32,000 nucleotides of DNA from Candidatus Hadarchaeota archaeon (GCA_964514965.1 CAZETV010000001.1:783063-815062); one strand, 5' to 3'; positions 8,708-17,372 are shown, counted from the first letter of the stretch. Notes: a model not told the origin generated them from the letters alone. Program-made: numbers and translations.

Positions 8708-9523
8708 ATGGAATATTATCGACGCCTGGATGTAAGACGAACAATCATGGATTTCGCGCGTGCTAGCGACGGCAGCGGCGAGCGAGAATGCACTTTCTAC
8801 AACGCCCGCGTCAAAAGCATACAGCGCAACCTAAGTAAGCACCATATTGTTTTGGATTCAGCAGCGGACTTTGACCGAGCATTAGACTCAGGAGCGACGG
8901 CATTCTATTGCTCCTACTGGCGTTATCTGGGGCAAGACTTCTCGCGCCCGGTTGGACACGATTTGGCATGGATCGTGCGGGCGGGGCGAGGAGGGTTGGG
9001 GTTTGCTAAGGAGGTAACTGCTTGGGTGATCGAAGCGCTGGCGGAGGATGGCATCTCCGAGCCGTGGGTGAAGTACTCCGGCCAACTTGGGTTTGATTTA
9101 TTGATACCGTTCGAGGCCATCCCTCACGAAGCTTGGGCGGGGGATAGTTATGCGCTGGCAGACATACAGCGAGGACTAACAAATTCTATCGAGAGCTATT
9201 TGACTGAGCATAATTCGAGCATTCGCGTTAATGGCGTCTCTTCCTCCCTTGAGATAACGCGAGGAACAAATACCTGCCTTCTCTCCGAGCTTCGGGTGAG
9301 GCGAGGCTTATTGCTGGCGCCTATGAGCCTCAACCCGGAGTCGGGCTTGGTTTCGGTTCCCGTCGCGCCAGATGAGGTGGCAAAATTTTCCGTGCTTGAT
9401 GCCAGCCCTGCTGATGCGCGGCCTTTCGGTTGGAAGCGGCCTTCGAGAGGGGTGCACGAGTTAGTGAAGCATGCCCGTCCGTGGCAGCTCGCTCAAGTTC
9501 AAACGAAGTTAGCGGTCACCTAG
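8708..9523 (+). CDS. PriS-like (archaeo-eukaryotic primase fold) protein with apparently substituted catalytic residues
   Basis: Blocks ERECTF, AFYCSYWRYL, GHDLAWIVRAG and VKYSGQLGFDLLIP parallel PriS blocks REFxF, vYsSvAxY, eLVFDIDa and ySGrGYHi from memory. The DxD and His positions are not conserved. Confidence 0.5.
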   Translation: MEYYRRLDVRRTIMDFARASDGSGERECTFYNARVKSIQRNLSKHHIVLDSAADFDRALDSGATAFYCSYWRYLGQDFSRPVGHDLAWIVRAGRGGLGFAKEVTAWVIEALAEDGISEPWVKYSGQLGFDLLIPFEAIPHEAWAGDSYALADIQRGLTNSIESYLTEHNSSIRVNGVSSSLEITRGTNTCLLSELRVRRGLLLAPMSLNPESGLVSVPVAPDEVAKFSVLDASPADARPFGWKRPSRGVHELVKHARPWQLAQVQTKLAVT

Positions 9524-9636
9524 CTCATGCAACGCATTAAAAAAGTAGTATCTTCATTGGCATGGATTTCGATTAGGTTAGTTTTTGGGGGTTGTGTGAC
9601 AATTGGTTTAAATGCTTGGCAGCGAGATTCAAAAAC

Positions 9637-10020
9637 ATGAAAATTAAAGACGTCATGCAGAAGTTGGTTTCAATAGATGGGGAGAGAAAGGTAATAGATG
9701 CATGCAAGCTCATGGGTAAGAGACATATTGGCAGTGTTCTCGTCACGCTTGAAAACAAACCCTTTGGGATATTCACGGAGCGAGATTTGCTTTCGGAAGT
9801 AATAGCAAAAGGAGTGGACATAAATAAAGTTAAGGTCAAAAGCTACGCATCGCGTCCTCTGATAACGGTGAGTGGTAATTATAGTGTCCGTGAATGCGCG
9901 AGGATAATGTCTGACTTGAAAATAAAGCGCCTGATTGTCGCTTCGCGAGGGAAGATAAAAGGGATATTCACATCATCGGATTTGGCTCGCGCGATATCCA
10001 AGTCTCCTCTAAATTTCTGA
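9637..10020 (+). CDS. CBS-pair domain protein
   Basis: Two CBS repeats: 'MKIKDVM...GSVLV...GIFTERDLL' and 'ITVSGNYSVRECARIM..KIKRLIV...GIFTSSDLA'. A TATA-like TTTAAATG lies about 25 nt upstream of ATG 9637. Confidence 0.8.
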   Translation: MKIKDVMQKLVSIDGERKVIDACKLMGKRHIGSVLVTLENKPFGIFTERDLLSEVIAKGVDINKVKVKSYASRPLITVSGNYSVRECARIMSDLKIKRLIVASRGKIKGIFTSSDLARAISKSPLNF

Positions 10021-10032
10021 GGCGGGAAATAG

Positions 10033-10224
10033 ATGGAGAAATGTGGCTGCTGTGGGAAGGAACTTCGTGATGAAGGGTTCGGAGAAAAATGGCGCAAATG
10101 TAGATACTGCGGCATACCGATTTGCTTCGACTGTACCCATTATTTAGGAGTGCACGTACATGGGCTGTATTCGAATTATTTGGATGTTGTCTGTGTTTGT
10201 GAAAAATGTAAACTTAAAAAGTAG
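10033..10224 (+). CDS. small Cys-rich zinc-ribbon-like protein (63 aa)
   Basis: CGCCG..., CRYCG, CFDC and CVCEKC clusters. It starts 12 nt after the CBS gene. Confidence 0.5.
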   Translation: MEKCGCCGKELRDEGFGEKWRKCRYCGIPICFDCTHYLGVHVHGLYSNYLDVVCVCEKCKLKK

Positions 10225-10347
10225 CGGTTATCCTCATCATTCAGTTTGTTGGTGTTCATAGTCAGATTTCAAAGGCGATTTTAATTGTGTAACCCGGGTC
10301 AAATAAGTTAACAGTTTGTATTTTCATAAGGGAGTGGGGGCGAGTTA

Positions 10348-10980
10348 GTGAGCGCGGCTTTAGTGGGTAGGGTAAATGAACTGAAGCAAGACAAAACAGG
10401 CAAAATCATAGCTCGAAGGATGCGAGATTTCAAGAAGCTCAGCCGCAAGAGCAACGAGGAATGGTTTTCGGAGTTGTGCTTCTGTATCCTGACGGCGAAC
10501 TCGGCTGCGAAGATGGGGATGAAGATTCAGCAAGAGTTGGGTAGCGAGGGATTTTTAAAGCTCCCGCTAGAGGAACTCAGGCGCAAGCTAAGGGGGGCGG
10601 GGCACAGATTTTCGAACATTAGAGCACACTTTATCGTCGAGGCACGCAGATTTTGCAACATAAAAAATATCATCGGGAAATTCACGGACGCGCGGCAGGC
10701 GCGGGAGTGGCTTGTTGAGAACGTGAGGGGCCTAGGTTATAAGGAAGCGAGCCATTTCTTGCGCAATGTTGGATTTGAGAATTTAGCAATTTTGGATCGT
10801 CATGTGCTCAGGGTGCTATGCGAATATGGATTAATAGATGAGGTGCCTTGCTCCCTGACACGTAGGCGATATCTGGGGCTTGAGAAGAAGCTCGTGGAAC
10901 TCGCGGAGAAGCTCGGGCTTACTCTTGGGGAACTGGATCTCTATCTTTGGTGCTTGAGGACTGGCAAAGTCTTGAAATAA
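10348..10980 (+). CDS. ogg: 8-oxoguanine DNA glycosylase / AP lyase, archaeal Ogg2 type
   Basis: 'NEEWFSELCFCILTAN', 'GLGYKEASHFLRNVGFENLAILDRH' (HhH-GPD with Lys/Asp) and a C-terminal 'LDLYLWCLRTGKVLK'. It closely parallels M. jannaschii Ogg from memory. Confidence 0.85.
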   Translation: MSAALVGRVNELKQDKTGKIIARRMRDFKKLSRKSNEEWFSELCFCILTANSAAKMGMKIQQELGSEGFLKLPLEELRRKLRGAGHRFSNIRAHFIVEARRFCNIKNIIGKFTDARQAREWLVENVRGLGYKEASHFLRNVGFENLAILDRHVLRVLCEYGLIDEVPCSLTRRRYLGLEKKLVELAEKLGLTLGELDLYLWCLRTGKVLK

Positions 10981-10981
10981 A

Positions 10982-11845
10982 TTAACTTGGAATCAAATGG
11001 CTCCCATCGCAGCTCGCACCGGTTGTCAGCTCTCGCAGCCCTTCGCGGCAGGAGGCGAAGGGTATGCCGTTTTCATCACACGCTTTTTTGACCGACTTCA
11101 TGAGTTCAAGCCTGAGCTCGCGGGGCAGGTACCAGTTGTTTTGGTGTCGTTCGCCGCGTTCGAAGTACAGCGGCGCGAGCTTGGCGGCAGTTTCAGGAAA
11201 AAACTGTCGAACGCGATGCCAACTATCGGGGCGGGGTTTAAACGTTGATGAGGTTACATGTTTGGCGCCGGTGATGGCGGCAGCTTTGATGATTCGTGTA
11301 ATTTCTGTGTCGTTTAGGCCAGGGATGATTGGGTCGAGACGCAGACTCACGGGCACGCCCGCGCTCGAGAGTTTTTTCATCGCCCCCAACCTTCGTTCAG
11401 GTGGTGGGGCTCGCGGTTCGAGTTTTCGACTCAAATTTCTTTTGATGGTGGTTATAGTAAAGCTGACCACGCAACGCAGCTTCGAGAGCAAATCGATGTC
11501 ACGGGTGACTATATCAGATTTCGTTATCACTTGCACTTGGCAACCCTCGCGCAGAAAGAGTTCGAGGCAACAACGAGTTAGTTTAAGTTTTGTCTCCATC
11601 GGCGGGTAAGGGTCAGAACTGTTTGACATGCTGATAACGCGACACTTGTCAACCCGCTTGAGATCACGCTCGACCCGCGTCAATAAATTTTTCTTTATTC
11701 TACATTCGGATGCTCTCGGCACATAGGAGGTAACGTAACAGTAGACGCACCGGTAAGAACATCCAGTGTAAGGGTTGAATTCATATTTTTTTGGGCAGGT
11801 GCAGATAGGGTCATGCCAAGGGTCGAAATCTCGAATGACATCCAC
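10982..11845 (-). CDS. radical SAM protein, SplB/COG1533-like (paralogue 1)
   Basis: 'CSYRCVYC' (CX3CX2C). 'DPYPPMETKLKLTRCCLELF' and 'ITTIKRNLSRKLEPRAPPPERR' align with the second copy at 29335-30150. GTG start with AAGGTGG upstream. Confidence 0.8.
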   Translation of the reverse strand: MDVIRDFDPWHDPICTCPKKYEFNPYTGCSYRCVYCYVTSYVPRASECRIKKNLLTRVERDLKRVDKCRVISMSNSSDPYPPMETKLKLTRCCLELFLREGCQVQVITKSDIVTRDIDLLSKLRCVVSFTITTIKRNLSRKLEPRAPPPERRLGAMKKLSSAGVPVSLRLDPIIPGLNDTEITRIIKAAAITGAKHVTSSTFKPRPDSWHRVRQFFPETAAKLAPLYFERGERHQNNWYLPRELRLELMKSVKKACDENGIPFASCREGLRELTTGASCDGSHLIPS

Positions 11846-11907
11846 AATGCCACCTTGTTATTTCTTGTTGGCGTTCAGAAAAATTTTTCTCCAGCATAAA
11901 TTTCGTT

Positions 11908-12197
11908 AAAAGGTGCGCCGAGATAAGAGCCTCGGACATCTCGATGATTACGGACGACGTAGCCCACCCGAACCACCTTTTGAGCAGCCCGACGAACCAA
12001 GTCGCTTCGATCCTTTACGGACCGTGTGGATTACCCTAACGAGTTCTCCACGCCGTAACCTTTCGAGCGCTTTTGAATCAACCCTGTCAGCCTGCTGTTC
12101 AAGGCCCCATCAAGCCGGCCTAGCTCTTTGAGGCTCCTACCAGTGGGATCCACCAAGACCGATTCTAGAGACTCTTCCGGTTTGCTCTCCCGGCGCG
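11908..12197 (-). ncRNA. candidate structured ncRNA (~290 nt), family unassigned (SRP/7S RNA or RNase P RNA are the obvious candidates)
   Basis: GC-rich and free of convincing ORFs. On the minus strand a TATA-like TTATTTAT (12218-12229) sits about 22 nt before the 5' end. 5' GCGCCGGGAGAGC pairs with 3' GCUCUUAUCUCGGCGC (about 13 bp with a bulge), followed directly by UUUU. Confidence 0.4.
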
Positions 12198-12309
12198 AAG
12201 AAAAATTAGTTTAGCTTCCATAAATAACTTTCTCATTTCTCGAGTGGAAAGTCGAAAATTTTAAAGTGATGTTTACTTCTATCAAATGGAAATTCTTGGG
12301 AGGAAAATA

Positions 12310-12450
12310 ATGTCGGGGTGCTGTCATAAATGTTGGCAGTATTATGAGTGTGAGAATCGGAGGGACTGTTGTACTGAGTGCGATTATTACTCGAACGGCG
12401 TTTGCATTTACTCTGAAGCGGAACCTTACGAAGAGTTAGAAAATGAGTAA
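12310..12450 (+). CDS. 46-aa cysteine-rich micro-protein (not in the ORF track)
   Basis: ATG at 12310 is preceded by GGGAGG at 8 nt, with an AAAATTTTAAAG TATA-like box about 45 nt upstream. Translation: MSGCCHKCWQYYECENRRDCCTECDYYSNGVCIYSEAEPYEELENE (8 Cys, acidic tail). Confidence 0.4.
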   Translation: MSGCCHKCWQYYECENRRDCCTECDYYSNGVCIYSEAEPYEELENE

Positions 12451-12541
12451 TCGCTCCGGGAGAGTCAATTTTCGTTGCGAAAAGCCCCATGTCCACTCCT
12501 AAATTTATAAGTGCTAGTCGAAACATCTAACTAGTGAGCAC

Positions 12542-13111
12542 ATGTACAATCCATTCGACGATGAATTCTTCAAGCGTATGTGGCACATGATGCGAGATTT
12601 AGACCGTGAGTTCAAAAGAATGGAGAACAAATTCAAGATAGACTTTCGAGAATTCGAGCGAAGGCCGGGGGTCGCGGGATTCAAGGTGGAAATAAGGGAT
12701 TTCGGTAAAGGCAAACCGGAGGTCAAAGTAACACCGATAGGCAAGCGCCCGATTATGGTAGGTCCCTTAAAATCGCCAGCCAAAGTGCCCGTGGAACGGC
12801 CGAAGCCGCCAAAGGTTGAACGGAAAAAAAGCAAACCAGTAACTCGCATGCTTGAAACAAATTGCGGGAAGATAGAGCGCCTTGGTGAAGTAGTGCTTAC
12901 GATGCAGGTGCCAGGGGTGAAGAAGGAAGATGTAGAAGTTAGGCAGCTGGGGAACGCGCTCGAAATCATCGCGCGGAAGTCTAGTGGTGAGGCATATTTT
13001 GGGGCTTTTGAGCTTCCGCCCGATGCGGCGCCAAGCAGACGAGAGGTTGAGATGAAAGGAAAAATGTTGGTTATCTCAATCCCGAGAAGGCGCTCCAGCA
13101 TGAAGTCTTAA
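12542..13111 (+). CDS. small heat-shock protein-like (Hsp20/alpha-crystallin domain at the C-terminus)
   Basis: 'VVLTMQVPGVKKEDVEVRQLGNALEIIARK...GAFELPPDAAPSRREVEMKGKMLVISIPR' follows the ACD pattern. A Lys/Pro-rich linker precedes it. TATA-like AAATTTATAAG lies about 30 nt upstream. Confidence 0.6.
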   Translation: MYNPFDDEFFKRMWHMMRDLDREFKRMENKFKIDFREFERRPGVAGFKVEIRDFGKGKPEVKVTPIGKRPIMVGPLKSPAKVPVERPKPPKVERKKSKPVTRMLETNCGKIERLGEVVLTMQVPGVKKEDVEVRQLGNALEIIARKSSGEAYFGAFELPPDAAPSRREVEMKGKMLVISIPRRRSSMKS

Positions 13112-13130
13112 GGGAAGCGAGGGTGAAGAA

Positions 13131-13634
13131 ATGTTGATAAGGCTCGAGATGGAGCTCGAAGACGTCCCGGGGCAGCTCGTCAAAGCACTTGATCCCATCT
13201 CACGCTACGGCGGCAACATTCAAAGCATCATGCACCAGCGCGAGCGAAAGACACCACTCGGGCGGCTACCTGTCATGTTGATTTTTGAGGTCGGAGAGCG
13301 AGCGAGGCTTAATCGAATTTTAGCGGCACTCCGAGCGATGGGAGTTCAGATCACCCGGATTGGGGAACGCGAGGGCGCAGTAAGGACCACAGTTTTGTTG
13401 ATAGGCCACATTATCCACACCGACGTTCGGGACACTATCGACCGTCTGAACGCTCTTAAAGGGGTAATGGTGTCCGACTTAAGTCTCGCGATGGGCGTCC
13501 CCAGCCAGGAGTCGGCAGCTCGAATGACGATCGTGGCTGATGACGAGAAGTATACGAAGTTGGCTCTCTCCAGAATGCAGCAAATAGCAGACAGAAAAAA
13601 GCTGCTCATGATAACTTCACTTGAGGCGGAATGA
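13131..13634 (+). CDS. ACT-domain protein, translationally coupled to hom
   Basis: 'LEMELEDVPGQLVKALDPISRYGGNIQSI' is an ACT start. It shares an ATGA overlap with hom. Confidence 0.7.
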   Translation: MLIRLEMELEDVPGQLVKALDPISRYGGNIQSIMHQRERKTPLGRLPVMLIFEVGERARLNRILAALRAMGVQITRIGEREGAVRTTVLLIGHIIHTDVRDTIDRLNALKGVMVSDLSLAMGVPSQESAARMTIVADDEKYTKLALSRMQQIADRKKLLMITSLEAE

Positions 13635-14647
13635 TGCGCGTAATACTCGTTGGATTCGGAAACTTGGGCAAAGGGCTCAGCCGTGCGTTAGTCCAAAAAG
13701 CCAGTTTTTTGCGCAGGAGCCAAGGGTTGATTACACGCGTGGTTGCGGTCGTCGATGAGTTTGGTTCGGTCGTGGATGATAAAGGGCTCAATTTGAGTGA
13801 GTTGCTAAAGGTCGTCGAGAAGAAGGGAACGGTAGCAGCGTATAAAGGAGGGAAACGAGGCAAACTAGCTCTCAAAGTGATCGATAATATTGACGCGGAT
13901 GTTGTTTACGACCTCACACCGACAAACATCAAGACAGGGGAGCCCGGACTAACTCACATCAAACGTGCGATGCTGGCGGGAAAACATGTGATAACCTCAA
14001 ATAAGGGGCCGCTCGTGGTCGCGTTTAGGGAACTCGACGCATTGGCAAAGAGATGTGGCGTGGAATTCAGGTATTCCGGTTCGGTCGGCGGGGCAGTGCC
14101 AGTGGTGGGGCTTGCGAAGAAGCTGTTGGCCGGGAATGAGATCCACGAAATTAGGGGCGTGCTCAACGGCACCACAAACTACCTCCTCACGCGTATGAGC
14201 AAGGAAGGTGCCCCCTTTGAGGTCGTTCTGCGGGAGGCTAAAGAGCTTGGAATCGCCGAGAAGGACCCGACGCTCGACATCGAGGGCATTGATACAGCAT
14301 GCAAAATTACGATTCTGGCGAACTCCTTGTTGGGCATGAATGCAAGGCTCAAGGAGGTCAAGATAACAGGCATCTCGCGAGTTAGGCCCGAGGCAATTCA
14401 CCTAGCTCAAGAGGCAGGGAGCGCGATAAAGCTCATCGGAATCGCGAGGCGTGGTTCGCTGGAAGTAGGGCCAAAATTAGTCCCGCTGGGGCACCCGCTC
14501 GCTGTTGGTGGCACCTTGAATGCGGTAACCTTTAAGCTCGATTTGGCGCGGGAGATTTCAATCACGGGTTTCGGGGCTGGCCCGAAGGAGACTTCAAGCT
14601 CATTGCTTGGCGATCTGATAGATATCAATAGAACGCTTGGTGGCTGA
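13631..14647 (+). CDS. hom: homoserine dehydrogenase
   Basis: 'VILVGFGNLGKG', 'ITSNKGPL', 'GVLNGTTNYLLTRM' and 'AKELGIAEKDPTLDIEGIDTACKITILAN'. Confidence 0.9.
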   Translation: MMRVILVGFGNLGKGLSRALVQKASFLRRSQGLITRVVAVVDEFGSVVDDKGLNLSELLKVVEKKGTVAAYKGGKRGKLALKVIDNIDADVVYDLTPTNIKTGEPGLTHIKRAMLAGKHVITSNKGPLVVAFRELDALAKRCGVEFRYSGSVGGAVPVVGLAKKLLAGNEIHEIRGVLNGTTNYLLTRMSKEGAPFEVVLREAKELGIAEKDPTLDIEGIDTACKITILANSLLGMNARLKEVKITGISRVRPEAIHLAQEAGSAIKLIGIARRGSLEVGPKLVPLGHPLAVGGTLNAVTFKLDLAREISITGFGAGPKETSSSLLGDLIDINRTLGG

Positions 14648-14722
14648 AAATTACTGATATCGCACCCGCCATTCTCAAAATTTTCAAATAGAGAATTTTT
14701 CGTTTCTTAAGCGCTAAATTTT

Positions 14723-15997
14723 GTGTTAATTCACCTAAGGTATTTACCAAACCACCAAGAATTAAAATCGGGAACCGCTGTGAGACTGGAATGCATCGAG
14801 TGCGGCAGCAAGTTCAAGATTCACGAGAGGGTTTACACTTGCCCAAAATGCGGAGGCTTGCTTGAGGTCGAGTTCGAGCTAAGTGAGCTGAAGCGAAAGC
14901 TCAATCGTAAGCGCTTGAAGGTCGAAACGCCGAGCGTTTGGAAGTATCGCGCGTTCATGCCGATTTTAAATGATTCGAAAATTATCAGCTTGGATGAGGG
15001 GGGGACGCCTCTCTATCGCTGCAACCGGCTTGCCAAGGAGATAGGTGTTCGGGAGCTTTACGTGAAATTTGAAGGGGCGAACCCAACGGGCTCTTTTAAG
15101 GATCGGGGGATGACTGTTGGAGTCACGAAGGCGCTTGAACTTGGAGCTAAGATCGTCGCGTGCGCTTCGACTGGCAACACATCAGCCTCGCTGTCGGCCT
15201 ATGCAGCCAAGGCCGGGTTACGCTGCGTAGTTTTGCTCCCAAAAGGTAAGGTAGCACGAGGCAAGCTGGCGCAGACTCTGATTTACGGCGCGCAGACGAT
15301 AGCAGTAAAGGGGAACTTCGACGAGGCACTGGCGATTGTGCGGAGGATATGTGATGCGCGGAAGGATATCTATCTTCTGAATTCACTAAATCCCTTTAGA
15401 CCTCAAGGTCAGAAGTCAATAGGATTTGAAATAGCGGATCAGCTTGGGTGGGAAGTGCCAGACCGTGTGGTGGTGCCCATGGGGAACTGCGCCAACATCT
15501 GGGCGATTTACAAGGGATTCTTAGAGTTCGACTTGGTCGGGCTGACAAAGGGAATACCCATGATGACCGGGATCCAATCCAAAGGGTCAATGCCAATCGT
15601 CGAAGCTATCAAGAGAGGGCTTGACAAGTTCGTGCCAGTTAAAAAACCAGAAACGATAGCCACGGCAATCCGTATAGGCAATCCAGTGAACGGCCCCAAG
15701 GCAATTCGGGCAATCCGAGCCTCAAAGGGCACAGCGGAGGCGGTAAGTGATGCTGAAATCATCAAGGCCCAAAAGTTAATGACTCGGTTGGAAGGAATTG
15801 GAGCGGAGCCTGCTAGTGCGTCTACGATCGCTGGGCTCAAAAAGCTCGTGAATAAGGGAGTCATCAAGCGTGACGAGTGCGTGGTGTGTGTGGCAACAGG
15901 GCACGTATTAAAAGACCCGGAAGAGGCAATAAATGTCTCGGAGCGCCCGCGTGAGGCTCCGGCGAGATATACGGAAATAGCGAAACTATTGAGGTGA
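14723..15997 (+). CDS. thrC: threonine synthase with an N-terminal zinc ribbon
   Basis: 'CIECG...CPKCGG' followed by 'FEGANPTGSFKDRGMTV' (PLP Lys). The start may instead be GTG 14780. Confidence 0.9.
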   Translation: MLIHLRYLPNHQELKSGTAVRLECIECGSKFKIHERVYTCPKCGGLLEVEFELSELKRKLNRKRLKVETPSVWKYRAFMPILNDSKIISLDEGGTPLYRCNRLAKEIGVRELYVKFEGANPTGSFKDRGMTVGVTKALELGAKIVACASTGNTSASLSAYAAKAGLRCVVLLPKGKVARGKLAQTLIYGAQTIAVKGNFDEALAIVRRICDARKDIYLLNSLNPFRPQGQKSIGFEIADQLGWEVPDRVVVPMGNCANIWAIYKGFLEFDLVGLTKGIPMMTGIQSKGSMPIVEAIKRGLDKFVPVKKPETIATAIRIGNPVNGPKAIRAIRASKGTAEAVSDAEIIKAQKLMTRLEGIGAEPASASTIAGLKKLVNKGVIKRDECVVCVATGHVLKDPEEAINVSERPREAPARYTEIAKLLR

Positions 15998-16003
15998 GCG
16001 AAA

Positions 16004-17302
16004 ATGCGCCCGCGAGAAGCATACGACCGGACATTGGGGTTGTTGCAAAAGCATCATGAGTGGTTCAAGACAGTTTTGCCGCTGATAGCCAGCGAAAATG
16101 TGCAATCTCCGGCAGTTCGGGAAGCGCTCACTACAGATTTTGGCGGGCGTTATGCTGAAGGAATGCCGGGGGAGCGGGTCTACGCTGGGTGTACTTACAT
16201 CGACCAAGTGGAACTGCTCGCCATGGAACTGGCCCGAGAGCTCTTCAAGGCGGAACATGCGAACGTGCAGCCAGTTTCTGGGGCCGTCGCCAATCTAGCT
16301 ATGTACACAGCGCTAACAAACCCTAGAGATACGATGATGTGTCTTTCCATAGCCGCCGGGGGGCACATCACGATGGGGAAGAAAAAATTTGGGGGGGCGG
16401 CAGGGGCGGTCCATGGTTTAGAAGTCGAGTATTTCCCCTTCGATGAGAATCGCATGAACATCGACGTAAGGGCGACTGTCGAGAAGATAGCGGAGGTAAA
16501 GCCAAAGCTTGTGATGTTCGGCGGGAGCTTCTTTTTGTTTCCGCATCCAGTTAAAGAGATAAGCGAGGTGGCCAAGGAGCACGGCGCGCATGTGGCGTAC
16601 GATGCTGCTCACGTTATCGGTCTTATTGGAGGCGGCCAGTTCCAAGACCCCCTACGCGAAGGCGCTGAGGTGATAACTTGTAGCACACACAAGACCCTTC
16701 CGGGGCCCCAGCACGGAATGATTTTATGTAAAAAGGAGCTGGCGGGCCCGATAAATCAAGGGGTGTTTCCAGGTATGGTGAGCAACCACCACCTCCACGC
16801 TGTGGCGGGTCTTGCGGTGGCCCTCGCGGAAATGTTGGAGTTCGGGAAGGAGTACACGGCGCAAATAGTGAAAAACGCGAAGGCTCTCGGGAAAGCACTT
16901 TACGACCGAGGTCTAGCAGTTTTGTGCCAGGATCAGGGCTTTACTGCTTCGCACATTCTCGGTATAGACGTTACCGAGTACGGGGATGGGGGAGTACTTG
17001 AGCGAAAACTTGAGCAAGCCAACGTGATACTTAACCGCGAGCTCTTACCTCGGGACCCCAGAGAAGGAAGGCACTTCAGGAACCCCGGTGGTCTAAGGAT
17101 TGGGACATCTGAGGTGACGAGGATTGGCATGAAAGAGAGTGAAATGGAGGATATAGCGGAGTTTATAAAGCGGGTGGTCGTCGACGATGAGGAAACCAAG
17201 CGTGTTGCGGCCGATGTGGCCGAGTTCAGGCGTGATTATCAAAAGGTTCATTATTGTTTCGAGTCCGCGACGCAGGCATACGAGTATGTGAGGATACGTT
17301 AG
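16004..17302 (+). CDS. glyA: serine hydroxymethyltransferase
   Basis: 'LIASENVQSPAVREAL' and 'TCSTHKTLPGPQHG' (PLP Lys). A GAGGTGA Shine-Dalgarno sequence lies upstream. Confidence 0.95.
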   Translation: MRPREAYDRTLGLLQKHHEWFKTVLPLIASENVQSPAVREALTTDFGGRYAEGMPGERVYAGCTYIDQVELLAMELARELFKAEHANVQPVSGAVANLAMYTALTNPRDTMMCLSIAAGGHITMGKKKFGGAAGAVHGLEVEYFPFDENRMNIDVRATVEKIAEVKPKLVMFGGSFFLFPHPVKEISEVAKEHGAHVAYDAAHVIGLIGGGQFQDPLREGAEVITCSTHKTLPGPQHGMILCKKELAGPINQGVFPGMVSNHHLHAVAGLAVALAEMLEFGKEYTAQIVKNAKALGKALYDRGLAVLCQDQGFTASHILGIDVTEYGDGGVLERKLEQANVILNRELLPRDPREGRHFRNPGGLRIGTSEVTRIGMKESEMEDIAEFIKRVVVDDEETKRVAADVAEFRRDYQKVHYCFESATQAYEYVRIR

Positions 17303-17372
17303 CCGTAAAAAAATCGACTCTTAAAATTTAAAATTTGAACTTAGCATAGAACCCAAAGTTTTTGGACCTGCA

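Noticed and set aside
11913-12131. 72-aa plus-strand ORF (GTG start)
   Set aside because: It is P/S/R-rich with no recognisable domain. The region is better explained by a structured RNA on the minus strand, with a promoter, terminal helix and U-run.
11908-12197. Specific assignment of the candidate ncRNA as RNase P RNA or SRP RNA
   Set aside because: A CCGGCUU string and a GAGAGCAAACCGG string vaguely recall RNase P CR-V/CR-I, but they sit in the wrong order and position for a P4 helix. I also could not find an SRP helix-8 GNAR-loop/AGCA motif. The family is therefore left open.
12233-13101. Minus-strand ORFs 12233-12526 (97 aa) and 12514-13101 (195 aa)
   Set aside because: They are antisense to the Cys-rich micro-ORF and the sHsp-like gene respectively. 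Both are S/T/R-rich with no motifs. The plus-strand genes have promoter and ribosome-binding signals and domain patterns.
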